Positions 51,044 through 64,000 of a stretch of DNA of 64,000 nucleotides are shown here, piece after piece. Position numbers and translations under genes: made by a program. Origin of the DNA: Octopus vulgaris (Eukaryota). Position 1 is the stretch's first letter. Each line of letters starts with the position of its first letter. The notes beneath the pieces are model-generated. The model searched no databases, had not been told where the DNA came from, and worked only from the letters and a program-made list of their open reading frames with translations. The stretch is from contig OX597824.1 of NCBI GenBank assembly GCA_951406725.2, positions 72,044,001 to 72,108,000 on the forward strand, given 5' to 3'.

Positions 51044-51785
51044 TGTATTTGGTATTGACATCTGTCATTTACTTTCACTATTCATCCAATATTTCCTATC
51101 TTTCACTATCTCTTCCACTATCTCCCCTTGTACTGGTACCACAATAAATGTACCCATTTCATTCAAGAAAGTATAGGGTTTTGAGGACCCTTGTCTTGTC
51201 AATGATATAACAATCTCTTTAGTTCTGGTGCTATGAGAAAATGCACCCAGTACATTCTGTAAACTGGTTGGCATTAGGAAAGGTATCCAGATACAGAAAC
51301 CAAGCCAAAAACGAAACTTATGAGTGAGATGTGATTTGCCCAACCTATCTAGGAGAGCAGGAATGATCCACTGGTTTTCACATGTTCAAAGCCGAAACTA
51401 TGGGACTTTCTCTGACCAGAGAATGTAAGCTAACACATTGGTTTTTGCTCCAACAGCATTAATCAGGACAGATGGAACACCATTCACATGTGGGCATGCA
51501 CACGTACACACACACACACATACTCTCTATCTCAAGCTTCTCAGTTTTCTTTCTACCAATTTCACTCACATGGCATTAGCTGATCTAGTGCTGTAGTAGA
51601 GGACCTTGCCCAATTAGCCACACAGTGCTACTGGACCTGGAACTATGCGACTGCAAAACAAACTTTGCACAGCCATGCCTGTGCACAGGATGGAATAATG
51701 GTGTTGAAGTAGAAACAAGTTTCCTGACCAGAAAATATAATCATGAAATCTTTCAATTTCCAGATTTGCTGGGATAGCTAACATG

Positions 51786-52143
51786 CTTCAGCTGTCTTAA
51801 TTTTGAAGGCTATTAATTGCTTGGACTAGATGGCTTGCCGGGAAGTAAGTAACACATGTCCTTTTACCTAAAACTTCAGCAGTCTTAATTTTGAAGGCTA
51901 TTAATTGCTTGGACTAGATGGCTTGCCGGGAAGTAAGTAACACATGTCCTTTTACCTAAAACTTCAGCAGTTTTAATTTTGAAGGCTATAAACTGCTTGG
52001 ACCAGACAACTTTCAAGGAAGTAACTAAATAACAAGTGTCCTTCTACCTAAGTGACTTCAGCAGTCTTAATTTTGAAAGCTATAAACTGCTTGGATTAGA
52101 TTACTTGCAGAGAGGTAACTAACACATGTTTTTCTTAAGTGAC
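51786..52143. repeat. 88-94 bp tandem repeat, 4 copies
   Basis: cttcagcagtcttaattttgaaggcta... units start at 51786, 51874, 51962 and 52056. Confidence 0.92.
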
Positions 52144-52915
52144 ATAAGTCTTGCCAAGATGGAGATTATGGTTAGGATTGTTTGTGGGTTCAATGGACCT
52201 AAGATCAAAGTGGCTCCAACCATGACTATCTCATCTTTTATTCAACCATAATATCAAAAACTTACGTTATCCAATGACTCCTTTCTTTTCTAAGATGATA
52301 GAATGCTGTTTCCTTACAAATTGTACAACCACGTTGTTGGCAGTGGCAAAGACTAGCTGCAAATAAAAGCAATCTTTAGAGACCCATTGCTTCTATTTGA
52401 TTTTGGTACTTGTAAAAACTTGGTATCACTTGTCTGGAAGTGCCAGGGTAATAACAAAAGAATAGAATGTCAAATCTTATGGCTGAAACAGAACAGAGAC
52501 ACGACTGGTATGAGAAACATGAACAAAGAAAAAACAGGACATTCACAAGGAAGGTTTTGAGACAAACAAGAAAGGATCCTAGTGCAGAAGGAAATCGGAA
52601 AGACTTTCATATAAACACAACCTGAACAGTGAGAAATATTGGACTTGTGAGGTCAGAGGTGTGTGTGTGTGTGTGTGTGCATGCATACATGTATGTGTGA
52701 GTGGTGTATAAGTGTCTGTATGCTTGTGCATATGTGTATGTATTTGTGTGTATGTGTATAAAAGTGTGTGTGTGTGTTTAGCACTAGAACCACAAGAGAA
52801 TGGCAAAGAGGTATGTGAAATATTGGCAGTTGTGTGTGTGTGTGTGTGAGAGTGAGTGTGTGTGAGAGTGTGTGTGTGAGAGTGTGTGTGTGTGAGAGTG
52901 TGTGTGTGTGTGAGA

Positions 52916-52950
<35 letters not shown>

Positions 52951-52959
52951 GGTGTGTGG

Positions 52960-53011
<52 letters not shown>

Positions 53012-53865
53012 TATATGTGTAACAAGAGTGTTGTTTAAGTTTAGGTCAAACCAGTTACTGTGCAACACAAAGAACTATTGTTTTGGTTCTTCAAACAGCA
53101 AAAAACCCATCTATTGATATGTTGACATAACTGAATGGTGACAGTTTAGGGGCAATAATAATAATAATAATAATAATATAGAAAGCAAACAAACATACTC
53201 ATTAACATACAATCTAAGGAGAAAATGCATTGCTAAATATGTTTTAATGACTCTGTGTGTGTGTGTGTGTTATGCACTTATGTTTAAATCCGGCAACTCC
53301 ACTATGTCTGATTGAGTAGACCTATGATCAAAGGTGTTCGGCTGTGTTTTTTTTTTTTAGACATACGGTTACCTAGGAATACATTATTGAATGTCTTTTT
53401 TTTAAATAAAAACATAAAAAAAAGTACAAAAAATGTAATTTGAAAGATATTTAGCTGCTATTTCTGGCAAGTCAATGAACCATATAGAGACTCCTTTACT
53501 GACCCTGTGCTATGAAGGAATTTTGTTTCTATGGCTGTCTATATACTTGTATTTATGGATTTGAGAGTGTGTATGTATTGCAGGCATGCAAAAGTGTTTG
53601 TATGCATCATGTGTCTGTGTATGTATGAATAGGTATATCCATATTGCGTATTATCATCATCATCATCATCATCAAGTGTTTTCCTGCTACCAATCCTCAC
53701 TTTTTCCAAGCAATGTAGTATTTCCCTATGACCAGTCATGTTTTCATGCAAGACTGGAACTGACACTGCTTGTGATGTCCAGATCAGGGAAAGCAAATAC
53801 ACGCACATGCAAATGCATGCATATGCATATATGCACACACACACACACACACCCCTCTCCTCTCT

Positions 53866-54013
53866 TCTTTCAGTCTCCATCTTCCAAATCACAAGGCTTT
53901 GGTTGACCAGGGCCTACAGTAGAAAACACTTATTCATGTTGTGACAGTAGGACTGAGCTTGATGCCATATGGTTGGAAAGCAAATATCTTAACCACATAG
54001 CAGTATCTGTACC
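53866..54013 (-). mobile_element. SINE family A, 5' half, diverged
   Basis: ttctttcagtctcc...ggactgagc...aaccacatagc. Confidence 0.7.
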
Positions 54014-54029
54014 TATGTGTATATACAAA

Positions 54030-54284
54030 TTAAAAAAATAAATAAATCGCCCTTTTAAAGCCTAGCCAGGCTCATGGGCCTAGTTTCCCGGTTTCAATGG
54101 CCCCCAGCTGGATGGGACGCCAGTCCATCGCAGCGTTACTCATTTTTGCCATCTGAGTGGACTGGAGCAACGTGAAACGAAGTGTTTTGCTCAAGAACAC
54201 AACGCGTCGCCCAGTCCAGGAATCGAAACCACAATCTTACGATCATGATGCTGACACCCTAACCACTAAGCCACATGCCTCCAC
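54030..54284 (-). mobile_element. SINE family B
   Basis: Similarity to 17915-18156. Confidence 0.9.
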
Positions 54285-54672
54285 ATGTGTATGTATAGAT
54301 GCTGTTTATCTCCATAGTAGCTCTTGTTCAAAGGTATTTTAGCTGATCATATTTTTTTTTTGTCCAGGCAGTGGACTACCATCCCAATGTGTCTCTCTTT
54401 ATTTTCAATGTGGTTTAAAGGGAATTTAATTAGTATTTCTAGCAGATCAAATGTCTGTACAGGGATAACCCCCATTGCATGTAGCCAGTCTCTCTACCTT
54501 TTGACAAGAATCTAGCTCGAGGCTGACTAAAAAATTATTTGAGAACAAGCACTTTGTATATATTACAGATGTTGGAATGCTGAAAAGCCAAATAATCTGG
54601 GTTATACTTGGAGCTGTTGATAATTTTGAGCTAACTTGAAAGCCTTCCAGGACCCCTCAGTGTATATATAAA

Positions 54673-54935
54673 ATAAATAAAAAATAAACGCGCCCTTTTA
54701 AAGCCTAGCCAGGCGCATGGGCCCAGTTTCTCGGTTTCAATGGTGTGTGTGTTCCCCAGCTGGACGGGATGCCAGTCCATCGCAGCTTTACTCATTTTTG
54801 CCATCTGAGTGGACTGGAGCAACGTGAAATGAAGTGTTTTGCTCAAGAACACAACACGTCGCCTGGTCCAGGAATCGAAACCACAATCTTATGATCATGA
54901 TGCTAACACCCTAACCACTAATCCACGCGCCCCCA
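54673..54935 (-). mobile_element. SINE family B, full length with TSD
   Basis: 15-bp TSD cagtgtatatataaa at 54658-54672 and 54936-54950. Confidence 0.92.
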
Positions 54936-56446
54936 CAGTGTATATATAAAGCATAAATTAAAATATTAAGTCAAACCCATGAAATATGGAAAAAAAATCA
55001 AATGGGACCAGTTTTAAGAATGGTATTTATATGTCAACTAAGAACTGTTGCTATTGTTAACATTGTTTGGTTGTAGGTCAGCTCCAACTGGACAGACCTA
55101 TGACCAAAGGCACTCAGAATATGATTGTCTCATCAATTTTTTTTTAGTTTGGCAGATGATGGATGAATGTCCATTGGACCCTTTAGGTACTTTTTTTTTT
55201 TGAGATCATTGGGTTTGATTTAAAGGTGATTTGGTTAGTATTTCTAGTAAGTTGAGCAGCTGGATAAATGCTCCCCATTTGCTTCTGGGCTGGCCTTGTG
55301 CTAAAATTGCAAATTATTGTGATCATTATTTATTATGACCATTTCTTTCAAGCCAACACAAACATCTCCTTGACAACTATTTATATCACTGACAATTACC
55401 ACCACTACATGTATCCCCAACCATCATCATCATCATTACCACCCCCACCATTGCCAATACCACTTGTATTATTTCTGCCATCATCATCACTACCACCACC
55501 ACCAGAAGCCATCATCATCACTATCATCAGAAGCCATCATCATCAGCACCGACAGAATCCATCATCACCATCACTATCATCAATACCATGTCCCATAAAT
55601 AAGTACCAGATTTAAAACTATACCCACACAAATCAGATAACACTGAACCAAGGCTAAATTTTCTCTTCGTTTTTTTTTTTTTTGTGTTGCCTTTCACAGT
55701 TGTTTTATTTTTGTACTTTTACATAAACATTCTAAGTAAAGATAAGTGGGGAAAAAAAAAAAATGAAACAGCTGATAGCTGGCCCAGTTGATTAGATGTT
55801 GGACAGTCATGCACAGATCTGGTGGTTCAAATCTCACCATCAGTACTGAATCCTCCCATGTAATGAATTAGAAATAAGCAATATATGAAGTGTGAGATTA
55901 GAAAGGTATCAATAACAATTGGTTTACTAGGTATGCTTAAAAAGAGGTATATTGTGGCATGGTTGTTTTTTCTAGTAAGAAACATGCACTGGTTCTATGT
56001 CATTTGTTTTTTGTCATTAGCCAATTAGTTAACCAATTAACTAATCAACCGCTTGATTAATTGTTCGATTAATTAATGAGACAGTTGGTTTGTCATATCC
56101 CTTTTACCATTTGTGACCTGACAATGGAATGTCCTCATTGCTCAAAATCTGCCTTGAGATAGACCTGGAGTAATGGGGGGGGGAGGTTTAGAGTATGGGT
56201 GGTATGTCATATAATGAGATTGATTTCTCTTGTCATATTTTATATTGTACAGAGAAAGGGAGAGTAAAAGAAAAATACAGAGAGAGGGAGAGAGAGAGAA
56301 TTAATATGAGAGGTGTAGGATGAGTACACATACAAGGCTTGGTGGCAGGTAATGAATAAAGGAACTCTATGCACATGCAGTGAAAGAGAAAGAATCACAG
56401 AGATGAAAGAAGGATGAGAGGGAGTAAATGACAGTAGTTAGGGGCT

Positions 56447-56608
56447 GGCCTTGTCACACTCTGTGTCACACTGAATCTCCCTGAAAACTACGTTAAGGGT
56501 ACACGTGTCTGTGGATTGCTCAGTCACTTGCACGTTAATTTCACGAGCAGGCTGTTCCGTTGATTGTATCAGCTGGGACCCTCATCATAGTAACCGACGG
56601 AGTGCTCC
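56447..56608 (+). mobile_element. 3' domain of the SINE type seen at 18745-19040
   Basis: gccttgtcaca...ctacgttaagg...gacggagtgc. Confidence 0.7.
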
Positions 56609-56988
56609 TATATTCCGCTACACATAAATGATGACAATGAATCAAGGGTTGGTGTTACTGCCAATACCAGTGGCTGTTACTCTTGCATTGTGCTGGCCCA
56701 TGTATTATGGTACAAGCCTATGGGTAGGTGTATATCAAACTATCCATGCTTGATGTTTTGCCTTGCGTTTGATTTTGAAAACCAGATAGACACTATTGTA
56801 CGCCTTACCCTGGACAGTGGAAACTACATCCTTCTCTATATTGATCAAATCTTTGTATGTAGTATATTATGGTTGTATAATGAAATACAGTGTGCCTACA
56901 AGTATTTAATTTGCACATACCAGCTGCCAGGAATGTGTTTAAAAATTGGTATATCTGATAGTGTTATGCTGCTATATTTAGTAGCTAA

Positions 56989-57220
56989 AAGGTGGCAAGC
57001 TGGCAGAAACGTTAGCACGCCGGGTGAAATGTGTGGCCGTATTTCATCTGCCATTATGTTCTGAGTTCAAATTCCGCCGGAGTTGACTTTGCCTTTCATC
57101 CTTTCAGGGTCGATAAATTAAGTACCAGTTACGCACTTGGGTCGATGTAATCGACTTGATCTGTTTGTCTGTCCTTGTTTGTCCCTTCTGTGTTTAGCCC
57201 CTTGTGGGTAGTAAAGAAAT
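56989..57220 (+). mobile_element. SINE family D, well preserved
   Basis: GGTGGCAAGCTGGCAGAA head; B-box-like GAGTTCAAATTCC; flanked by tatatttagtagcta on both sides. Confidence 0.88.
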
Positions 57221-58489
57221 ATATATTTAGTAGCTATTTAAGCAATGTGTTCATGGATAGTTAATGGGTTGGATGTGGTGCTGAAGAAGGAGCAAGAATA
57301 TCTGAAATATGCATATACAACCATTACCTATTTTTCCATTTCTAATCACTTTGTTTATGTTAGACATATTTCCATATGAAACATAGTAACAAATCAGTGC
57401 TAGCTATAATTCTTATAGAAAATCTGTAGAGATAGCCTTATTAAATTGATCAAGGTTTGCTTCAGTTCATCGTTTGAGAATTTACAGAAAATCCCTTCCA
57501 ACCCCTCTTCACAAGACAGAAATATGTCATTTCTTTCTTTGCTGGCTCTTGGATTAATTCCTTGCACAAGAGGACAGTCTTTTCTCACATATCACTGCCA
57601 GACTTTTTATTGGAGGCAATATCTGCAAAACTGTGTGTGCAGAGTTGTGTGTTATTGCTAACTGGTTGCTAAAACTTTACTCATTGCTATCATTAGCAAC
57701 AGAAAAAGTCATTTTATTTTCCCCCTCATTTAAACTGGATGTGTCTTGGTGCAAAGTATTTCTGTTCTTGTTTTTTTGGGGTGTTTTTCCCCTCCTTTGA
57801 GAGAGATGTTGACTCTACTTCTCATTAACATTTTACAGCTAAATGCATGTCAAACGAAAAAAAAGTATGTATAAATGTCACTTTTACCCAAACTGGGCAA
57901 GAAAAAAAATTGTAACAAATTTTTCACATATATTTGTATTGAAATATATTTCTACTCAATATGACACAGAAAATTATCCATTGCTTGAAAAAAAAAATGA
58001 TAAACTATAATGCAAATAGGAGAGGGTTATGTAAATCTATCTTGCTTGGACAAGGAACAATAACAACAGCAATAATGATAATAATTTCTAAGCACAAAGT
58101 CACAAATTTTGGAGCAGGAACTGGTAATTAAATTAGCATCAGTAGTTGACTGGTATATTTATTTTGTTGACCCTGGAAGGATAAAAAACAAAGTTGAACC
58201 TGGCAGGGAGGCGGGCTTTGCCTTTCATCTTTGTAGAGGCAGGGATGGGGGGGGGGGGGCAACAATAATAATTTCGAACATAAGCACAAGAGAAATATCT
58301 TGTAAGGAGTGGGGAAGTACAAAGAGGTGTAGTTGATAAAATTGCCCTCAGTATATGTCTGGTATATATATTTTTTTTTTGAGCCCAGGAGGATGACGGG
58401 CAATGTTGCCTTGGATGGGGTTGGAACTGATCATGTGAAGTTTAATAATTTCAAGTATTTTCTTAAGCAAGACTTCAATATTTAATGAT

Positions 58490-58759
58490 TTAATAATAAT
58501 AATAATGATAATAATGATTTTAATAATAATAATAATAATAATAATAATGATAATAATAATAATGATAATAATGATTTTAATAATAATAATAATAATAATA
58601 ACAATAACAATGATAATAATAATAACAATAACAATAACAATGATAATAATAATAATAATAACAATGATAATAATAATAATAATAACATTGATAATAATAA
58701 TAATAACAATAATAATAATGATGATGATGATAATAATAATAATGATAATAATAATAATA
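58490..58759. repeat. (AAT)n microsatellite, ~270 bp
   Basis: Direct reading; ends ~40 nt upstream of the exon acceptor. Confidence 0.97.
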
Positions 58760-58801
58760 GGAGAATGAATCTTGACAAATATTTTTTGTCCTATTTTTCA
58801 G

Positions 58802-58875
58802 GCTGTCACAAGACAAAAATTCCACTACCCTGATGACCCAAGGAAATCTCTGGAAAATGGTGTACTACTTTGCGA
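58802..58875 (+). CDS. LMO7: Internal coding exon (74 bp, phase 0 to phase 2) of a calponin-homology domain protein, LMO7/LIMCH1-like
   Basis: Acceptor ttttttgtcctatttttcAG (AG 58800-58801) and donor GA|GTATGT (GT 58876-58877). Translation AVTRQKFHYPDDPRKSLENGVLLC(D/E) aligns with the LMO7 CH segment as I recall it, AVTEKNFETKDFRASLENGVLLCD. LMO7 versus LIMCH1 orthology cannot be resolved from one exon. Confidence 0.8.
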
Positions 58876-59741
58876 GTATGTTTCTTTGCTAAAGGCAGTT
58901 TATTCTTGTGTGTGTGTGTGTGTGTGATGGTTTGTCAGTCACTACATGCATGTATATGTGTGTGTGTATGTATGTGTGTGTGCATGCGTGCATGTTTCCC
59001 TTATGTAACTCATTCACTCACCTGTTTTTTATTTATGTCTTTTTTTTTTTTTTGCCATGAATGTCACATTCAATTCTCTCTCTGTTCTAATTAATCCTTT
59101 GCAAATAAACAACCACCCACACATCCAGTCCCCGAGGCTGTTTACCACTGAACACACTATTGTGTTGGTGCAAGTGGTGGTAGTGGTGATGGCGATGGTG
59201 GTCTTGATGTAAGTGTATGTGTGTATGTGTGTGTGTGTGTGTGTGTGTGCTTGCATGTGTTGGAGAGATCGTCAGATGGGTGGGGTAAATTTTAAAAATT
59301 GTTTCTTTGTTTTTTTTTAAAATTTTTGTTTTGCTTTTCTTTGCTTGTCTTAGTTGAATTGTTCTTCAGTGTGTGGAAGTGGGGAAGGTGGTCGCAGAGT
59401 AGGGGATGGTGAGTGTGTCTGTAGATGGTGTTGTGTTGCTAAGTTGTCACAAAAGTAATACTGTCAGTAACGGCAGTGAAGGCGATGGTAGGGGTGGCTC
59501 TGGCCCTCGTAATAATACTAAGGTGCTGAACCTAACATATAATAGTTGGGGATGAGTAAAGAGGAGGTTGTGATGTTTTCATATTTTGCAAGGACAGTAG
59601 CAACACAAAAGAAGCTTCATTGTTGGTAAGGTCACTGGAAATACTGTTAATGATGGTGACAATGGCAGTGAGGAAAATCTGAATGATAGACACCACGGTC
59701 AGCAGATTAACATCTCTGGGCAAAATCATTTAACTATTTAG

Positions 59742-59959
59742 TTAACCCTTTAGCGTTCAAATTAATATGTCATAAGTAATCCTTATTCATTTACATTAAT
59801 CTGGTATTATCTTGTAGCTTCAAGATTTGAAAGATGTAATTGTTTATTTTTAGAATTGCATTGCAGGGTAGGTGTGAAATACTGGTTCTGGCCAGTTTGA
59901 GCATAAAATGAGTTGAATCCTCAGGCCGGATATAGCTGGTTTAAACACTAAAGGGTTAA
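59742..59959. mobile_element. piggyBac-type MITE (family P2)
   Basis: TTAA|CCCTTTAG...CTAAAGGG|TTAA. Confidence 0.85.
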
Positions 59960-60135
59960 ATGTATTTATGTTCTGAGATCAAAATCACTCTAAGGTCATT
60001 TTTTTACTTTTCATCTTCTGGAACTGATAATGTACTAAGCAAGTATTGAGGTGACTGCACCATCATTTTCTGAGTTTGTGGCCTTCTGCCTATGTTAGAA
60101 ATCAGTATTTAATTGCATACCTTTCGAGATATGCA

Positions 60136-61426
60136 CAGTGTGATGGGTAAATTGTTGCCATTTCATATTTTTAATTTCACACGTGCACATTGTTTGTTTT
60201 TGATTTTGTCGACTACACAGTATAGTATGGTTAGTTGGGCATCGTCTGTGAGAAAAATGGCACGATGATGCAATTCACTCTACCAGGAATTTGGAAACAA
60301 CATGCTGTAGTGCTTGACATTTACGCCGGAAGCTCCAATATGAACATTTCAGTGTTTGGATGTCAATCTGAGGATAGTGCAGAGGATCCAGAAAGAGTTG
60401 CATGAGTCTAATAGTGATTACAAAGATACAGCTGCTTGGAAAACACTCTGTTCTGATAAGAAAAGAACTCCTGAATTTGTTGGTGAGATCCAAGTCATGA
60501 TTGTCAACGATCCCTCAAGTCACTGAGGTCCATTGCCAGGGACATAGGAGTGTCTGAGTTTCTTATCAGGCAGGTAGTGCGTGAAGACATTTGGTATTCC
60601 TGATACAAGATGAGAAAGGGCCAATTTTTATTCCAAAGCCATCAAGACAAGAGGAAAGACTGCACTACAAAGCTTTTAAACAAACTTTAGCATCCCCTCC
60701 AACTGAACTTGCTTTTGTTTTTCTCAGACAAGAAAAATTCCTGCCAGGATCAGATGACGAACACACAGAACAACCGTTGGTTTGCTGTTTCCCCAAAACA
60801 TCTACTGTGAGTGATGAAAATCAAACATCCAGTCAACCTCATGGTGTTTGGAGTGATCACTAGTGATGGTGACATTATGCCTCCATTCATCTTCCCACAC
60901 GACCTCAGACTCAACACGGAGGCCTGCATCAAGTGCCTGGAGTGGGTAGTGCTGCCCTGGGTGAAGAGGGTGGCTGCTGGAAGACCTTATATCTGGCAAC
61001 AGGACTTTGCACCTTGCACACAAGCAGGAGAACCCAGTCATAGTTGTCAGATAATTTCTGTAACCACATCACTCATAACATCTGGCCACCTAACACCCCA
61101 GACTGCAACCCCCTTGATTATTATTTGTGGGGAACAGTTGAGTGAGAGACCAATGAAACACCTTGTAACACCAAAGATGAACTGAAGGCAAGGATTATGG
61201 CAGCATTTACCAACTTAAACAAGGAAACCATCCAGAAGAGTTGGAGGAATTCCGAAGTCATTTGGAGGCTGTGGTTGAAGCCAATAGCAATTTTATTGAA
61301 TAAGTTTGCTATTCAGTATTTCAAGATATTTTCATGTAATTTTGGTTAATAGATCTGTTAAAATGAGACGTCAGTGCCATTTTCATTTTTGCATAATTTA
61401 GATGATGATTTATTCACCGCACCCTG
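60136..61426 (+). mobile_element. Full-length decayed DD37D (maT) element, second copy
   Basis: MVFGVITSDGDIMPP, YIWQQDFAPC and (W)PPNTPDCNPLDY; CACCCTG|TA end; reverse complement of 47154-48415. Confidence 0.88.
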
Positions 61427-61589
61427 TACATGCCTGAAATGGTTGTGTTTGGAATACTTTGATCATTGCTCTGCTTAACCAGAGTTAACCTGGAAGTAAG
61501 CAACAGCAGCTGAACTCTTAGCAACAGTCTCAGATGATCTAGTGAGTGCCTGTACTCAACAGCTATATAAACTAATTAATACACAGGCT

Positions 61590-62165
61590 CATCATCATCA
61601 TTTAACATCTGGTTTCCATGCTGGCATGGATTAGATAGTTTGACTGAAACTGGTAAGTTGGATAGCTGCACCAAGTTCCACTCTAATTTGGCATGGTTTC
61701 TATAGTTGGATGCCCTTCCTAACACCAAAAGCTCTAAGAGTGTAATTGGTGCTTTTTATGTGCTACTGGCATGGGTGCTAGTTACATGATACCGGCATCG
61801 GCCACAGCTATGATTTCACTTGGCTAGATGAATCTTCTCAAGCACAGCATAGCACCAAAGGTCTTGGTCACTTGTCATCACCCCCATGAGGCGCAGAATT
61901 TGAAGGGTGCTCTTTATATGCCACTGGCATGGGTGCCTGTTATATGATGCCAGTATCAGCGACGACTATGATTTCACTTGGCTTGACAGGTCTTCTCATG
62001 CATGGCATTTTGCCAAAGGTTTCAGTCACTTGTCAACGCCTCCATGAGGCCCAATGTTTGAAGATCATGCTTCACCACTTCATCCCATGTCTTCCTAGCT
62101 CTTACTCATCCATGTTTCCTCCACAGTTAAATATCAGCACTTCTTTACACAGCTATCCTCATCCA
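61590..62165 (-). mobile_element. RTE LINE 3' end with family E tail
   Basis: Minus strand RKTWDEVVKHDLQTLGL followed by the same UTR and (GAT)n tail. Confidence 0.8.
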
Positions 62166-62841
62166 TACACTCATATCTGTACATATTTGGTGTCACTGTA
62201 AAAATTAGGCCCTGGAGATCCTTTCCTGATAGCTTAGAATGAGAATTGAACTCACTGGTTATTCATTATTATTTTACCTAATTTTTCTGAATATAAGAGG
62301 AATCAGTCTCACAGAGCTGTTCCCTCTCTGCGCTATACATCATCATCATAAGTAACTAAAAATTAGTCAATGTTTGTGTTGCTGCTCTTTGAAGTGACAG
62401 GTATTTATTGCTTTGTGGTACCATATATATATATGTATGTGTGTGTATGTGTATAGTGACTGTGTGATTTTTTTGAAAGCTGTCTCTTTGGTGTTGATCA
62501 AGATTACTCTGTATTAACAAACAGCATCAGTAACATATGCTTCACACTTTTCTTTAAACCATATTTCTGCCTGGAAAATAATGAAGAATTTGATAAAATA
62601 AATTTGCTATTTATTAAGCTGGTGTTTGGGGCAGAAATTAACATGAAATTTTGATGGGTGGTTTTAATTTTAGATCACTTTAAAATATGAAGTTTGCATC
62701 ATTGCAGCACAAGTGGTTTAGGGTGGTTTGTTATCAGATGAGTTTGCAACATAGGATTATCTTATTACACTCATTTGTGGTCTGGCAAAAGGTAAAAAAG
62801 AAAGTAAATAAAAAAAATTTCAGTACTTCCTTCAGTCTAGA

Positions 62842-63119
62842 TATCCTTATACCTTGAGGGGGTGCCAGACACTGAAATTCTTCACTATCCTTATACCTAG
62901 AGGAGGTATAGTTCCTTGTTATAGGTACCAGTCACTGAAATTCTTCGCTATCCTTATACCTCAAGGAGGTATAGTTCCTTGTTATAGGTACCAGACACTG
63001 AAATTCTTCACTATCCTTATACCTTGAGGAGGCATAGTTCCTTGCTATAGGTACCAGACACTGAAATTCTTCACTATCCTTATACCTTGCGGAGATATAG
63101 TTCCTTGCTATAGGTGCCA
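62842..63119. repeat. 63-bp minisatellite, 4 copies plus a partial
   Basis: cactgaaattc starts at 62870, 62933, 62996 and 63059. Confidence 0.95.
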
Positions 63120-63705
63120 CTATCTGGTGGATCTCTTATGATTCACTCTGTACTCTCTTCAAATCTATGTGGCACATTAACCTCTCTTTCTTTAATTATC
63201 ATCATCATCATCATCAGTATGTGCCACTCTTGCCCTAGTAGGTATCCCCCTTTTCCAGGATTGCATTATTCCTCTGAATCTCATCTTTAGTACATTACCA
63301 GTGAAAGGATACAAGCCATCTCCCTGCCAATGCTAGTTTGGACCTTATCGACTCAGCTACAATTTGCATTTGTTTGATAAATTATCAATAACTAGAAAAG
63401 AGAGAGAGAAAAAATAAAACTGTGTGTTTGTGACTGGATATTGAAGAAAAATTGAAATTAATGATAAAAAAGGGGAGAAAATGAAATGAAACAGAATGTT
63501 GTATAAGTGAAATAAATAAAAATGAAAAATTATAAATATACAGAAGTGTGAAAGTAGTATAAAAGTACTTTAAAAAATTAAAATTTAATAAGACTGCATA
63601 CACTCATGCATGTGTGTTTAGAGAGACAAGAAGAGAAAGAGATAAAGAGGCTGGGAGAAGAGAAATAGAAAGCAATACAAGAGATGGAGAGAGAGAGAGA
63701 GAGAG

Positions 63706-63752
<47 letters not shown>

Positions 63753-64000
63753 TATATATATATACAGAGAGAGAAGCAAGGAGAGAGAAATATTAATAGG
63801 TTTTAAAATAGATTCTTCAAACTTAACTAACACCACACCATCATAATTGCTTCCATTGGTGTTATCATCATCATTTTTCTATGCTGACATTGATTGGCCA
63901 TTTAGGTGTGTATATATATATATAATATGTATGTATATATTTGCATTTTGTGTTGTGTGAATGTGTGTGCATATGTATGTACATACATATATTTAACATA

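Noticed and set aside
52467-52625. 52-aa charged ORF (MSNLMAETEQRHDWYEK...) as a host exon
   Set aside because: No convincing splice sites or recognisable family; could be a decayed LINE C-terminus.
57640-57705. RFX half-site-like GTTGCTA/TAGCAAC cluster in unique sequence
   Set aside because: No correctly spaced full X-box and no independent support.
58482-58825. Poly-Leu/Ile/Tyr ORFs, and the Pro/Ser/His-rich ORF at 55268-55615
   Set aside because: Products of (AAT)n and (CAT/CAC)n microsatellites.
62842-63119. CRISPR-like array (also considered for 7527-7711, 51786-52143 and 4612-4830)
   Set aside because: Head-to-tail units without unique spacers, no cas genes, eukaryotic context.

Overview
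AT-rich, repeat-saturated eukaryotic DNA. The SINE families and (TA)n/(TG)n/(ATC)n microsatellite load look like an octopus (cephalopod) genome; this is inferred from recognition, not from a search. Nearly all ORFs in the supplied track are microsatellite or SINE artefacts. The only host coding sequence I can support is a 74-bp + strand exon at 58802-58875 (AVTRQKFHYPDDPRKSLENGVLLC), absent from the ORF track. It matches the calponin-homology domain of LMO7/LIMCH1-type proteins, so the window is probably almost entirely giant intron. The rest is transposon debris: several tRNA-derived SINE families; RTE, Tx1/L1, CR1/L2-like and Penelope-like fragments; a solo LTR; three mariner relics; two DD37D (maT) copies; piggyBac and hAT MITEs; and a non-autonomous Helitron. 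Most notable are minimal hammerhead ribozyme cores in Penelope-like repeats (one inside a 400-bp foldback), a ~600-bp mosaic stitched from five or six nearby templates, a mariner built from two inverted 5' ends, and a candidate recursive splice site. I found no clearly new multi-gene system. Repeat boundaries are read by eye and are approximate unless a TSD or TIR is quoted.
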